DNA of 57,188 nt, filler included, from Porpidia crustulata (GCA_964255105.1; 3 parts of 3 records of this genome joined end to end with filler, not necessarily neighbours in it); one strand, 5' to 3'; shown: positions 1-13,308, counted from the first letter of the whole stretch. The notes: generated by a model from the letters alone, not told the origin. Made by a program: numbers and translations.

Positions 1-329
1 TTCATGATCCCCGCGTCGCCGCCTCCCCCTCCTCCCTGACCTTTCCCGCCTCTCCCGCCTTTACTTTCCTTCCTCCGCCCCTACTTTTCCCGCGAATAGG
101 TAAAGAAAGGGGGGAGGGGGGTACGAGTAAGTCAAGGGTGTATACGGTCAGTAGGTCCCTTTGTTTTAAAATGGAAGAATCTGTCGGTTGTCAAACTATG
201 TTGTCTTGATTGTAAATTTATCAATTCATGTTTGTTGAACGTATCGAGATTTACTATGATTAATTCGTGACGATAAGTTTCATATATGTTGATCATAATT
301 GTTTCGTAAAACCCCAATTTACTTTCTCC

Positions 330-950
330 TTTTCATCCTACGCGAGTCATGGACTTGTCGGCCAAAGAAGCCATGGTCATCTAAAGTCCAGATTCAGATA
401 ATCTTGTCGTCACCATCTTTACGAGGCGCCGAGGAATAGCATCGTGGTGGAACTTCCTCATCAATGTTCTATTCAGTACTTATCGCCTGGCTTTACATTG
501 TTTCGTCATTGACTTTGAACCCACTGTCGTACCCATGATTACAGACTCGAAAGGTTGCACACCACCCACGTGGAGTTGCGCCAGAGACATTGTATTTGGT
601 GTGGCTTTTTGGTAGGTCAAATTCGTGGTCCAACATAGGACAAAAATGGACATTGATTCTGTCGCCGTCGACCTCAATCTGGCGCTCTTCGTCTTCGCTC
701 AGCTCGTGATCCTGCTGTTTGCAGAAAGGCCGGCTAAAACTGAGATGTTTTCCTAGGACTGGATATCTGTCATACCCTGCGGGGTGATGCCGGAAAGCGC
801 GGGGAGAGAATGCATCATGGCAAACGTCGAGGAACACTTCTAAGAGTAATCCATACTTCTTTTCGAGATCTTCCCCGATATGTTTACTGGTCAGAACGGT
901 AATAGGTCGAAGATGTAGGCGCCGTTGAGATATATGCTTGCTCCGAGCTC
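330..950 (-). pseudogene. Possible degraded gene fragment of unknown family
   Basis: ORF 493-837 lacks an ATG. Its frame stays open upstream to ~950 and continues downstream as protein-like text through isolated stops (ETM*SQAISTE*NIDEEVPPRCYSSAPRKDGDDKII*IWTLDDHGFFGDK). No domain recognised. Confidence 0.25.
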
Positions 951-1032
951 AACGACGGAAGTAGAAATTGAGACATATCCCTCACAGCCAGCTTTACTTA
1001 AGAATAAAGACAGGCGACTCGATAAGAGATCG

Positions 1033-4000
1033 TCAACGCTCTTGAACACGAAGTTCACCTAGCTTATTTCGTTTGTCCCGTACTTTATTCGCTATGGGAT
1101 GCACAGAATTTTTTAATACACGCGCAAGTTCATCACATGTATTAATCGCGTCCTCGATCTTGTCCTGCCGCTCATAGAATTCGACTAAAGTGAACATTGC
1201 AAAGATTCGATCCGCATGGTCACCTTTGACGTGTCCCTCCTGCCGTGCTGACGCAGCATACCTGTGGGGTTCAAGGATGTACTTGAAAATTGCTTCTGCT
1301 TCGTCGTACCGCTTTTGGCCGGCAAGTACCTGGGCCAAACGAAGTCTTGCAGCCGTAATTCCAGGGTGATCCATGCCTAGGATTCCCTCTGCAATCAATA
1401 TTGCTTTGCGTAAGAGGCCTTCCGCTTCTTCCATTTCATTCATTGCATGCTTGACCCAGGCGAGGTTGCTCATCGCCATCAAAGTGTACGGCTGTTCCTT
1501 GCCCAGGGTTTCGCGACGTTGATTGAGGACACCCTCCATTATCTTGAGCGCATCCTTCAAAAGCTGCCCCCCTATTTCGCAATACGTCATTGCCAAGTGT
1601 TCTTTAGCAGACAGAGTTGCCTCATGCGTAGGACCTAGTCTTGGGTGATTCACCATACCTGCTATTGCCTTCAAATGTTGCTCTTTGGCCTCTTCATAAC
1701 GGAAGAAACACCACAGTGTTTGCCCGAGATTGTCCGTTGCGAGGAGAGTATCTTCATAGTCAGCCCCTAGCCTGTTAGTCATCCCTTCAATTGCTGTCCG
1801 GTGGAGGTCCTCTGATTCGCTATATCGACCCTGTAACCGGCGAATTACACCCAGCTGGTCCATTATCTGAAGCGTCGTAGGGTGCTCTGGTCCCAAAGAG
1901 TTCAGAGCAGCTTCTAAAACTTGATTGATCAGGTACGCTGCTTCATTAGTACGTCCCCGGTGCAAATATGTGGTTGCCAGGAAACGCGAAATCCGCATCG
2001 AAGCTGGATGTTCCATACCGAACTTTGGGCAAAGGTAGTTCATAACGTCCAGCTGAAGTTGCTCTGCCTCTTTCCAAGCACCGCACAAGAAGTATACAAA
2101 GCTGAACTTCGCCGATTGCAGGGCCTTCCGCTGATCAAATCGAGTTCCAAGCGGCAGCCAAGGTCTTCTGCTCGCCATCTGTTTCTGGATGACTTTTTCT
2201 CGGATTTCCATTTGACGAGCACCCAAATGACTGACATGAAGTAAAAGGCCTCTTTGCAAAGCGACATCTGCTTGGGTGGAGCTACTAGACTTTGATGGTA
2301 AGGAAATAGACTGTGCCAAGGTCGTTGTTGCAGCTTGACACCAGATTGCCTGCTCTCCTATAGTGATTTGAGGCCTTTCGCGTACCCACATGTGTACCAA
2401 GGGATGCATCGAGTAAGTTTTGGTTTCATTGTGGTGTGTAATCAACGACCATTGAGTGAGTACATGCAATGCAGCTCGTAAACGAAATTCGAAGTCTTCA
2501 GAGGATGCTAATGACTTTATGTCGCGCAACATTGCGGGTAGAATTGGAGGACTCCGGTCCATGAATACCGTTTCTCGTATACCAAACCATAGCTCTGTCA
2601 GAAGTCGTATCCATGACTTGGGTTTCGGAGCAATTTTTGTCGTTCTTTCTTCCTCTTCTTCCTTGTTCTTTGCCTCGAGTTCTATAAACGGGTTCTTCGC
2701 TGCTGCTAGCAAGAAGTCAACACGAACATCCTCCCGGTGGAGAAATGAAAATGTCTTGAGCAACTCGATTGCGTCCTTGTCCTTTTGCGTTGAGCTTTCT
2801 TGAAGCCTCCGAAAGATAACCTCGTAACTCGAATAAACATTCATGTTGGTGTCGTCATCTGCGGAAAAGCCAGATGCCTTCCGAGCTTGGCGAATATTCT
2901 CCCAGTTTTTCTTATAAAAGAGCAGGTAGTTTCCCAAATCACATAAACCATTCACGATTGCCTTTCCTGCGTGAATTAGCGCAAGGGGCAAGCACCCTAG
3001 TGCAGAGGTGACGATAGCCGCTGATTCTCTGACAGACGAATCCCAAGGATGGATGATGCCGGCTGCTTTCAGCAGAAGATCGTTCGCGGCCTCTGTCTCC
3101 AATTTTTCGAAATGGTAGAACCATGATCCGAGATAACCATGCACCTTATTCTCAGGGACGCGAGTGGTCACCAGTATGAAACCCCTTTCGCCCCCCGGAA
3201 AAAAGTTGTCGACAGAGATGTCAGGATTATCGGCGTTATCAATAAGAAGCAACCAGGGGTACTGAAGGTTTGACAGCCAATTCTTCGCCGCGAGTTCATT
3301 TGACTCAACTCCACCAATTTTGGCAATTTCCGAGAATGTATGTCGCGCACTTTCTCTAGAGCTCGCGTCGATCCAGAAGACACCCCAGAAGCTGAAGATA
3401 ACGATTAGACATGTTAGGTGCAGAGAGGTAGACACAGTGCCTACTCACTGTTCTCGATATTTTTGGGCAAACTTGCAACAAAATTGTGTCTTACCCGCAC
3501 CGCCGAGACCGTAGATGACAAAGCGCTTCTGTGCGTGGTCGTGCTCTGGGGATGACGAATCGTCTAGGGAATTCTTAAGTTTCTTCAATAATTCCTCTCG
3601 GCCAGTGTATATGCTCCTAACACTCTGTGGAAGGGAGAAGTATTTGTTCAGGCGTACTGATGATGCGACCGATGATGCGACTGCTGCGGTGGAATCAATA
3701 GCATTACGAAGCTAATCGCAATTAGGAAAGGAGTTTGCTGGAGCTGCAGGTAATCCTCACATAATCATCATCAACAGAACCGTTTCTTATTCTTAAGGCC
3801 TTTATGCAATGTTGTAGCATGAAGCCCTGCCGTTGGAGATTGTCCGATATGTTGCCAAGGGCAAGATCGGTTGAGCTGTGAGTGCTTAGAGTGTAGGATC
3901 TATACAAAATCAGTATTGGGTCGCATAATCGAAAATCTTTACTGACACGTTCAACGCAGCCAGCAAGGTCTTAAGATTGGCCTGATAATTCGAGAGTCGA

Positions 4001-4416
4001 TGGTGATATTGACCAAGGGCGACATCTTTGGACTGCCTTCTAATTTGCTTTCTGATGCCATCGACCTTGCCAGCGACTGTAGATCGATTTTTTCCAATGA
4101 TCTCATTCAACAGCTCTACTAAATCCTCTAGTGTGCTCGTACAGCCTTTCGCGTTCGTATCGACCTCTTTCCATAGCTTTTTGATCTCAGTGTCATCATT
4201 CAAGGAGGCATCTGGGACAGCGTCTTGAGTCCTTTCCTTGAGGTGTTGTATCGATTCGATGACTGAGATTACTGATGTGAGCTCATGCGATAAGGCAGCG
4301 ATTTCGTGGTTAATCTTGCCAGCCGACTTCTCGACATCTCTAAGGTAGCTACCCACTTTCCAGCAGACATCAAGCAACCCAGCGGTTCCGGCGATGATAG
4401 AAAAAGGATCAACCAT
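1033..4416 (-). CDS. Fungal NLR-like STAND protein: HeLo-like N-terminal domain + NB-ARC + TPR repeats (4 exons)
   Basis: Exons 4416-3947, 3899-3761, 3711-3449, 3391-1033; the three GT..AG introns (47, 49, 57 nt) join in frame. N-term MVDPFSIIAGTAGLLDVCWKVGSYL is HeLo-like. Walker A GLGGAGKT, Walker B WLLLIDNAD, ILVTTR, GCLPLA, MHPLVH. C-terminal TPR repeats with LGxEHPxTL motifs. Confidence 0.9.
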
Positions 4417-5856
4417 GGAGCATTGTCAAATTTAGCATCCAAAGAGGAGAGCAAGATACTCTCGAAATGATCCGAGTGCGAGGCTGAGATGGTATTACGA
4501 TGCAGAACCACGTGGACCGGACAGTATTATGGCGCAAAGGTCTAATTGGTTCGCACTCTTCTTTCTGCACACCATTAGATTAGCAGTGAAGTAGTCATCA
4601 ACCCTTTGAGCTGTCTCCAAACAGGCAGATCCCTGATGATCAGTAGCCATCGATATGAGCTTGTTTTGAGGGTTTCGATACGGACAAGAAGATTGGACAT
4701 TGTGTATGAATGGAGTATTTTGAGAATTGCGAAATATCTCTACGACGAGTAGTTTATTCGGTGTCAGGCTGAGCGAATGCCACAGGACCTCCGCGCTTAA
4801 CCAGGCCATGCGGCTCGTCCCATGGATGCGGCTCCGAAAGAATGATCCATGAAAGGACAACAATGTCATGCTGCGTCCGTTCTTGAAACTACACCGACCG
4901 CTCGAAATAGAGTATGGTAGAAACCTAGCGGTAGATGGCGGAGCAATGGATCCTAATGCCATCCAAGCAAATAGCATTGCCTCCCCGTCAAGCCCGTATC
5001 CTTCAACAATACCATGCGTTCCACATCTCGACCGCTAATAGAAAACCAAACGTATATGACAGATATTGAAAGCGATGCCCACCGCAAGACTCGTAGAATT
5101 GCTTTGATGTTGGGAGTACTTCCCCGAATGGTTGATCCAGATTTGCCAGAGCTTAACATGATGATGGTATGCATCGCACGTTGGTTTGATAATAGATTGT
5201 ATACGTTGATACTTGTGCTTCTTGCTTTTCTTCTACGAGACGAGACTATGTCAGCGTGTATCCACGTTTTCTACCTGTCACAGGTTTAAATGGCAATAAA
5301 GACTATCCACCGTCAGCGCATATCATTCTTGGGAATAACGGCAGCGAGGTGGTGCCCAGGACTGAGCTGAGGCTTCAGCCACATGCCACTTGGTTTATTA
5401 CGAGCCGAAGGCGTCCGAAAGGGGAGTGAGGCGTTGACCATCCGTATGGCATTAGAGCCTTGTGTTGCTTGGTGGATGGTGATTGATGCATGGGAATCTG
5501 CAATGTGACTGGAAGCCGCGCATACCCGCTTCCCCGGTAAGAAATTGGCGTTCGGAAATCCACAGCTACGGTTCAAACGGACTCGCACAAGAGCGCTCGT
5601 TCTCCCCAGTTGAGAGGAGTCAAGACGGAGGGGTAAGAGTGCAATGAATGTCGATCTGAGTCCTGTCAACGCTGCTTCTGTAACTCGAAGGATTTATTTC
5701 TTATTCTCTGTTGGACTGTCTCCTTGAATCAGCGAACTTCTTGGCACTAGTAGTCCAGCACATACATTTTCGCACTTTCAAGCAGGCTCTCTCTTCACTT
5801 TCTCCGCTTACTGTCGCATCGCAAATGCGACAAATGCTGGGTCGTGAATAAGGAGT

Positions 5857-7689
5857 ATGTTGGACGCCGTGGTCAATCCAAAAAGTCTCGCCGTTGTTGC
5901 CCTACTAATTTTAATTCCTTATCTTTTCTTCCGCCAGAGTCAGAGTCGAAATGTAAGTTTCTTCCGGGAAGCTGTGTTGTGCTATAAAGTTAACGTTAGT
6001 AAGGCAGATGTAGCATTTGCGCGGGAGCACAATTGCTTGCCACTTGTGCGACTGAAAATTAAGTGGCCTCTGGGGCTTGACCTGCTTTGGGCTGCTTATC
6101 AGCATGCCCAGGCAGCTCGAATTCTGCGATTTTTTGTGGAAATCACTGAAGGGCTTCCTCCCACATTTGAGCAGAGACTGTTAGGGACCAGTGGCATTGA
6201 CACATCAGACCCCCTGAATATTGAGTCTGTGTTAGCTACACAATTCACCGGTAGGTTTCCGTTATCCACCTACTTGGTCATCTACTCACAACTGCTCTTT
6301 AGCGTTTGGGCTGGGAGATCGTCCAGCAGTCTTCTTCCCCTTGCTTGGCCACGGTATCTTCACTCAAGACGGCGAGAATTGGAAACACTCCCGAGAGCTC
6401 CTCCGACCACTTTTCCTTGGCAAACGAGTTGACATCTTTGTCGAGATACAAGAACATGTCGAGGCACTCATATCCTGTATTCCCGACGGAAAGGTCGTGG
6501 ACTTGCAGCCTCTGTTCTTTCGATTCACCCTGGACACAACGACTTACCTTCTCTTCGGTCGGTCTATTCACTCGCTGCGAAAACAGAACGCGCAAGCAGA
6601 AGCATTCTCCGAGTCCTTTCGGATTGCGCAAGATTTCCTCGCACATCGTGGACGACTGGGCCCCTATCACTGGCTGCTTGGAGGTAGATCGTTCCGAGAT
6701 GCTAACGCAACAGTCCATCGATTTATTGATGGCGAGATTCAAGAGGCACTGGCGGCCCACAAATCAGACCAAACCTCGACATCGAAAATTGTGAGCGATT
6801 ATGGCTTCTTAGGAGCTCTTATTCAGGAGACTCAAGAGCCAAAAGTGCTACGGGACCAGCTCTTGAATGTCTTGCTCGCTGGGAGAGACACAACCGCCTG
6901 CTGTCTGACATGGGCAATGTGAGTTGTATACCCTTCATGCTCGCTTGCCTAGGTTAAGTCAAGAAAGGCGACTACTGGTGAAACACCAAAAAGTTCTTTC
7001 AAAACTTCGTGATGAGATCAAACTCGTCGTTGGCGTTGGAGACGAAGCTCGACGCCCAGACAGAAATGACATTAAAAAAATGATATACTTGAGCTACGTG
7101 CTGAAAGAAGGTAAGTCCTCCTCCATGCCAGACTAGTATTACCCATTCCATGAGCCATCCGCTGACAGGATATACTGCACAGTGCTTCGACTTTATCCTT
7201 CTGTTCCTATCAATTCTAGGGCCGCCGTCAAAACCACGATTTTACCCACGGGCGGAGGACCGAATAGCAAATCTCCCGTATTTGTGAAAGAAGGTGCGGC
7301 GGTGGGATACTGTGTGTACGCGATGCACCGTCGGAAGGATCTATACGGCAGTGATGCAGGAGCGTTCCGCCCCGAGCGATGGGACCCCAGTGAGGATAAT
7401 GAGGTGAGCTTAAAAAACATCGGGTGGGGATACCTTCCATTCAACGGCGGGCCAAGAGTCTGCTTAGGACGTGAGTAGTCTAAACCGTCACTGCTCTTTA
7501 TTATCTAACAGGTCAATAGAAGAATTTGCTTTGCTGGAGAGCTCGTATGCTATCACCCGGTTATTGCAGACATTCAAAGACTTCGAATACGATCCAGCGC
7601 AAGAAATGCCCGAAGTGGGGCAAGAGCGCCAGGATGTGACTCTGGTCCTTGTCAGTGCCGATGGGTGTCACGTTCGGGTAGGATCATAA
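5857..7689 (+). CDS. Cytochrome P450, CYP52-like clan (alkane/fatty-acid hydroxylase type), multi-exon
   Basis: N-terminal TM anchor, GIFTQDGENWKHSR, I-helix LLAGRDTT, E-V-L-R across an intron, PERW, heme motif PFNGGPRVCLG. Introns at about 5953-6003, 6251-6303, 6919-6967, 7111-7183 and 7471-7519. Confidence 0.92.
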
Positions 7690-9305
7690 ATGTGTCCAGC
7701 TACGATATGTATGTTTGTGCGAATTGGTTAGAGTCCTTAGAAATGTTGGAATTAGGGGTGTTGGAAATCTCTGCCACATGAGGCCGAGGGCGCTAGCAGA
7801 GTTTTCAGACCTGATCCTCCTAGGTAATTAGGTACCTTCCAGATAGCACCCTCCTAGCAACATCAAATCCAATTCCATACCTGATCTGCCAACAGAAAAT
7901 AGACCTTGACAAAAGCCTAGGATAGGCCGAGAGCCCCAGCAAAGTCCTGATTCCAAGTAATATTGAAAGAAGACTCAGCAAATTCAGTAGCAATATCCCT
8001 CATCCTCACAGGCCCTTCCATTCCGATTTGTCCGACTGGAGCATGGCAGTTCAGCGACTACAGAAGATACTCGGGAATATCATAGCGAGAGCATCGCGAA
8101 AATGAGGCAGTCTTGTGGGGCTATTCACGACACGTTGGAGTGATTCGAGTATATTTCGAATTTATTACAACTGAATGTGAAGCCCCAACACCAGTGATAG
8201 GCATTGTCTTGCAGCGCAAAAGACTTAAGCCACCTTATCATATAGAAATCGCTAGTCCACAAGAGTTTGAATTATGACTCAGTCGACTGTGATTTCAGCT
8301 CCCATAGCATATATAAAATCTTCACACCCAGTCTTTCACTCCCAATGGCCTGTGAATTGACATCACCTGGCCTGATCCGCTGTAGCGGTGTCTGTACGCG
8401 AGCATGCATGGAAGCAAGGAGAGGGTTCGAGACGCTCACCAAGTTCTCTAAAGAGTAAGGCAGCCTCGCCAAAATTTGCTGAATTCTTTTTCTCGTTGCT
8501 GCGGTACCCAAAGCTCCACTAAATATTCCTGGCCATCTTCAAATGAACGGGGGGAGGGGGAGGGGGGAGTTCAGAATAAACGTAGGCTGAGTCTCAAGCA
8601 GTCCGAGTAGTCTTAGAATACTCTGATCCCAGGGTTGTCATAGGTGGAGACTTGAAGATGGAAAGGTGCTAGTGGTCAAGCTTGGACCTACTCTTGGAAC
8701 CCTCCGACAACAAATGAGACTTGTACCTAAAGCGCATGATACGTGAACTGGCCGCTTCGTATCCAACCATAGCTGCTAGAGACATTTTCTAACACGTTCG
8801 CTAATTTTGCTGCGTGAATTGAATTTCTCACTTGATGTCTGAAGCTTTGCTTGCTATGCTGAGACAAAGTGAGTAGCGTCCTGCGCAGTCCATGTCTGTC
8901 AAATATGCTATGGATGAGAGCAATGAGAAGCTCAAACGAAAGATGACCTGTTTGATACACCGAGTCCATAATGGACTGAATCCGTGAATCTATCATGTTG
9001 AAATTTCGAAACATCTCTAACCTCGACCGCATCCTTGTTTATAAGCCAAGTGTTAACTTTATTCTGAATCCTAGAGTATGACATCGCGGTCAGGTCTAAT
9101 GCTGAAGCAATGTTTTCATTTCACCAAAAGAGTCTGAGCGAGTGATCCAGGGCGACAGAAATTGGAATACCGTGGGTTTCTCGCCTGAATCTACTTCTCT
9201 AAATGGTTACACCAGTCTTATTGAATCGAGTGCGGTTGGCAAGGCCGTCAGGCAATATGAAGGGGCACGTAGCTGCCCCTCGTACCCTTGAGAAGAGCAA
9301 ATACC

Positions 9306-10124
9306 CTATCCAGCCAACACAGCCGCAGCCAGCAGTTTCAAATTTGTCAAGCTCAGGATATTGTAGCATCCTGTAGGATTACTCTGATAGAAACAGGCGC
9401 CGTAATCAAAATAGACGGCCCCAACTCTATTCGTCGACATTGTATGCACCAGACTTTTGACATCCGTTGTCGCCGTTGCGTTATAGATGATGAGTGCACT
9501 CTGAGCCGCGTAGCCGCTAGGCAGGGCCTGGATCGTTGTCAAATTGTGGTAATTGGACAGTGCATTTTCAAATTCCACCATGGTGTTACAGTAATTAAAG
9601 AGCTGAACCGGGCCAGCACTTCCAGGGTTGAAAACAACAGGCGTCACAGTCGACGGGACTTGCGCGTAGGCGTAGTTTGAGATGTTATGGTAGTAGGTCA
9701 AAATAGAACTGGTTGCGGCACTCGCACCTACAACATCATCGAAGAAGATGCCTCCGATAGAGATGTTCGCATTGGCGTACGATGCCCATTTGGCGTAGAC
9801 GTCGATATCCGAGACAACTGAAGAGTACGTGCGACTTGCATAGGCGGTATCTATGTAGCCTAGTGTGATGACGTTTGGGTATTTGTTGAGATTTGAGATG
9901 CCAGTGATGTAGTTGGGATCACTGGGATAGGACGTTGTGCCAGGTCCGCTGTTGGGATTAATGATAATCTGCCATTGAACGGTTGGATACGCTGCAATGG
10001 CCGCGGTGACATTAGCCCAAGCAGATGCCGAGGTTCCTGGATAGACATAGAGTGGCAGAAGGATGAAGATGGAGGTCGCAGGTAGTGCAAACGAGTATAG
10101 GGCAAGCAATATGAGAGACTTCAT
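9306..10124 (-). CDS. Secreted spherulin-4 family protein (GH135, Sph3-like glycoside hydrolase fold)
   Basis: Intronless 272-aa ORF with a signal peptide, then family motifs LLPLYVYP, IINPNSGPG, LGYIDTAY, GIFFDD and VFNPG. Confidence 0.85.
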   Translation of the reverse strand: MKSLILLALYSFALPATSIFILLPLYVYPGTSASAWANVTAAIAAYPTVQWQIIINPNSGPGTTSYPSDPNYITGISNLNKYPNVITLGYIDTAYASRTYSSVVSDIDVYAKWASYANANISIGGIFFDDVVGASAATSSILTYYHNISNYAYAQVPSTVTPVVFNPGSAGPVQLFNYCNTMVEFENALSNYHNLTTIQALPSGYAAQSALIIYNATATTDVKSLVHTMSTNRVGAVYFDYGACFYQSNPTGCYNILSLTNLKLLAAAVLAG

Positions 10125-11234
10125 CCTGGCTTATTCGTCGATGGATGACCTGCTGAAAACGTAAGACAGAGGAACGATTTGAATATTCCAAGATAGTATC
10201 AGACTGTTGATATATACCTGCAGAGTCTTCGACTTCCGGCTCCACTGTAAATTACAAGGGCCTCAGCTGATGGTATTGTACACTCTGTCTATGCACAACG
10301 CCTGGATCAAATAGAACTTCTCGGCCGAGCAAAGCCAGATGATTGTAGGTCAGATGATCACGTCGGTAGGATACAGCAAGCAAAGGAATAACGAAGGGCA
10401 CACCTCACGCAAGGTCCGAGCACGTAGGCTTCAGGGGAAATTTCGACACTGCAGATGCCTACCGTTTTGTAAACAGCAGTACGATTAATACGCCATTGTA
10501 TATTAGTTTCGGAGCATTGCAAGGACGCCACAGGACCCTCAATAATCTCCACGAACGTCCAGGCCCAGGAACACGAGAAGAAGTGCAGCGGTGTAACTAC
10601 AAAGGTAATGATCGGATGTCACTATAGGTTTCACTAAGGTTCGGTTGTAAATTGTGGCACTAAACGACAACGGCCGAGGGACAACACGCTAAATTCTCCC
10701 ATCAAGATTCTAGATCTCTAAATCCGAGAAGAGAATTGTAATGTTAAATAATAATCAATCAATAATCCATATCATTAAATATTAATACCATTGTACCTCT
10801 TAATCGAATACAGCTTTGAGAGAAAAGAGTAAGATAAGAAAAGAAAAGAAGAAATTTTTTAGTAGGGCATGAAATACTCGGGCGAGTTTTTTTCTTTTTG
10901 GAAATTTCACAAACTGTAACTTGTTAACGTGGAGGGGGGAGAAGAGGACAAGGAAAAGAGAAAGGCTCGTAATTGGGGCGAATTGGGACTGGATGGTTGA
11001 AAGGAATCGATAAAGGTCGTTGCTGGATGCAAATTTTTACGCACTTGATATCATATGAGCTCGACAGCTATGATCAGGCATGCTTTTGAATTGTTGCATT
11101 GGGAAAAATCTTGCAAAACGCTAAGGCAGCGAGGTTGACAAGGTCATTTTTCTCGTTGTAAACTACGGACAGGAGACAAGCAAAGCACATGAGCCTAATA
11201 TTCACCAGACTAATTATGCCAGCTAAATATTCCT

Positions 11235-13308
11235 TTAGGCCCTGCTTTTCGCCCCAGAATCCGAGGCACTTCTCTCCGGACTGTCCTCATGGTAGGTCGC
11301 CGCCTTCTCCGGATCCGTTGCCTCGCCCCGTTCGAGCAACAAGGTCTTCCCAGTCGTGACGTGCGTCTTCCAGGCCGGTGTGCCCACGTACTTCAAACCC
11401 AGGGGATCCGTGAACATGGCCTCGACGTCCTCGAGCGTCTTGCCGGCGGTTTCGGGGAAGAGGAAGAGGACGTGCAGGAACATGGCGATGCAGAAGACGC
11501 CGAAGACGACGTAGACCTTCCATTGGATGTTGACAAAAGCGGGGGGCACGAAGTAACTGAGGGCGAAGTTGAAGGCCCAGTTGGCGGAGGTGGCGAGGGC
11601 AACGGCTTTACCGCGGACGCGAAGGGGGTAGAGTTCGGGGGGATAGATCCACTGATAGGTTATGGGAGTCAGTGTTTAGGCTTGTAGGTTTAGATATTGA
11701 GCATAAGGGTTTTTTGGAAGAAAGAAAAATGGGAATAACGGCTCCATTTGCCATCGAAACATTTTTGAATCCTTCAGGCAAGAGCCTGAAAATTAGAAGA
11801 GAAGCTCGAGCACACTTACTGAAACGGGGCCCCTATTTTCGCAATGTCAGCTTATGCTTTGAATGGAAGGCTGTTGAGTTAAGACATCCGAAGCTGCTTA
11901 CCAAGTTGGCGCGTAGGAAGCAACGAAAAGATAACTACACGCAATGACAGCCTTGGAAGGTGGTCCAGAGATTTGCCACGAGGCTTCAGGAGTGTTGCCA
12001 ACTCCGTTAGGACCGGCATACGATCCGTACGATTTCAATAGGCCAGCATCAGCGAACAGGAAGGTCATCATCAATGCTGCTCCAACCAGTAGGGTTGGAC
12101 GACGTCCCCATCGGTCGACGAAGAGAAGGGCCGGGACCGTCATAACAACATTGATGACGTACTGAATCGAGGAAGAAACGAGCAGGTTGTTCCCCGTCAG
12201 ACCAGCCATAGCAAAAACATAAGTGATGTAGTACATCATAACGTTCATTCCCGTAAGTTGCGACCAGATCTGGGTGAAAACACCTATATGGGTTCGGTTG
12301 ATCATATGCGGCTTGAGGAGTTCGAGATAGGAGACGTCCGAATGATTACGCTCGAATTCGCACATGTCTTTGATGTCTTGGAGTTCCCGCCTGACAAAAG
12401 AGTTATCCTGACCATGTCCATGGACCAACATTAGAACCTGATGGGCCTCGTCCCAGCGGTCTTTGCGAGCAAGCCAGCGTGGGGACTCCGGAAGGAAGAA
12501 CAAGCCAATCAGAAGACCGATAGCCGGCAACATCTGCAGACCCCAAGGGACACGAAAGGCAGCAGTGCCGTTGATAAACGAGCAGCCGTAAGAGATGCTG
12601 ATTGACGATAAGTATATTCCTAGAGGCATTTATTCAATCAAACTTACTAGAACATGATCATGATTCCCCAGGTAATGGCCCACTGCTGGGCTCCTACGAG
12701 ACGACCTCGCTTACTTGGAGGAGCCAACTCTGATATGTAGACGGGAACTTGAGCAGAGCAGATACCAACACAGATGCCGTTGATTAAGCGGCCAACAATG
12801 AGCATGCCGATGTTTTGCGATGCACAGATGATGATAGAGCCAACAATCCTGTATCGATGAGTTGAGGGCATCTCCCCTGGGGATAGACTAATTACCTACC
12901 AAATCACGGATCCAATCATAACCGCCCTCCTTCGCCCTAGCCAGTCCTGTATATCTTGGTTAGCAAGTTTGCAGAAAGCAACGAGCTATCGAGGCATGAA
13001 TTATACAGAAATGTATCCGGACATCAGTGCGCCAAGCCACGATCCTCCAGGCATTGCCGCGGTGATACCTCCCTGCACGCTTGCCTTCGGGCCAAGGCAT
13101 TTGGAGACATCCGTGGGAGTCGGTCCGCCTTGATTAAAGTAGCATTTGTATTGCTATGGAAATCTACATTAGCGAGGTCAATGCAAAGACTTTTACCTAA
13201 ACAAACCCAAGTGCCGATGATAGCAGACATGGAAGATATATCAAAGCCAAACAGGCCACCGCCAATGATGGCAATGGCAGAGATGACATAGATATTGCCA
13301 ATCGCCAT
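11235..13308 (-). CDS. HGT1: High-affinity glucose transporter (MFS sugar porter, HGT1-like), 7 exons
   Basis: Start MAIGNIYVISAIAIIGGGLFGFDISSMS; motifs DWLGRR, VPVYISELAPPSKRG, PESPRWL, SQLTGMNVMMYY, DRWGRR, WGPVSWIYPPE, PETAGKTLE. Includes a 13-nt micro-exon at 11820-11832. Confidence 0.9.

Noticed and set aside
4495..5669. ORFs of 73-160 aa between the NLR and the P450
   Set aside because: No recognisable motif or consistent splice model; treated as divergent promoter region, although a decayed gene cannot be excluded.
7700..9290. Short ORFs (8267-8511, 8727-9032) and a G-tract at ~8549-8568
   Set aside because: No domain motifs; only three G-runs, too few for a canonical intramolecular G-quadruplex.
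5857..13308. P450 + GH135 + transporter as a secondary-metabolite cluster
   Set aside because: No PKS, NRPS or terpene synthase backbone gene and no cluster regulator; the functions are unrelated.
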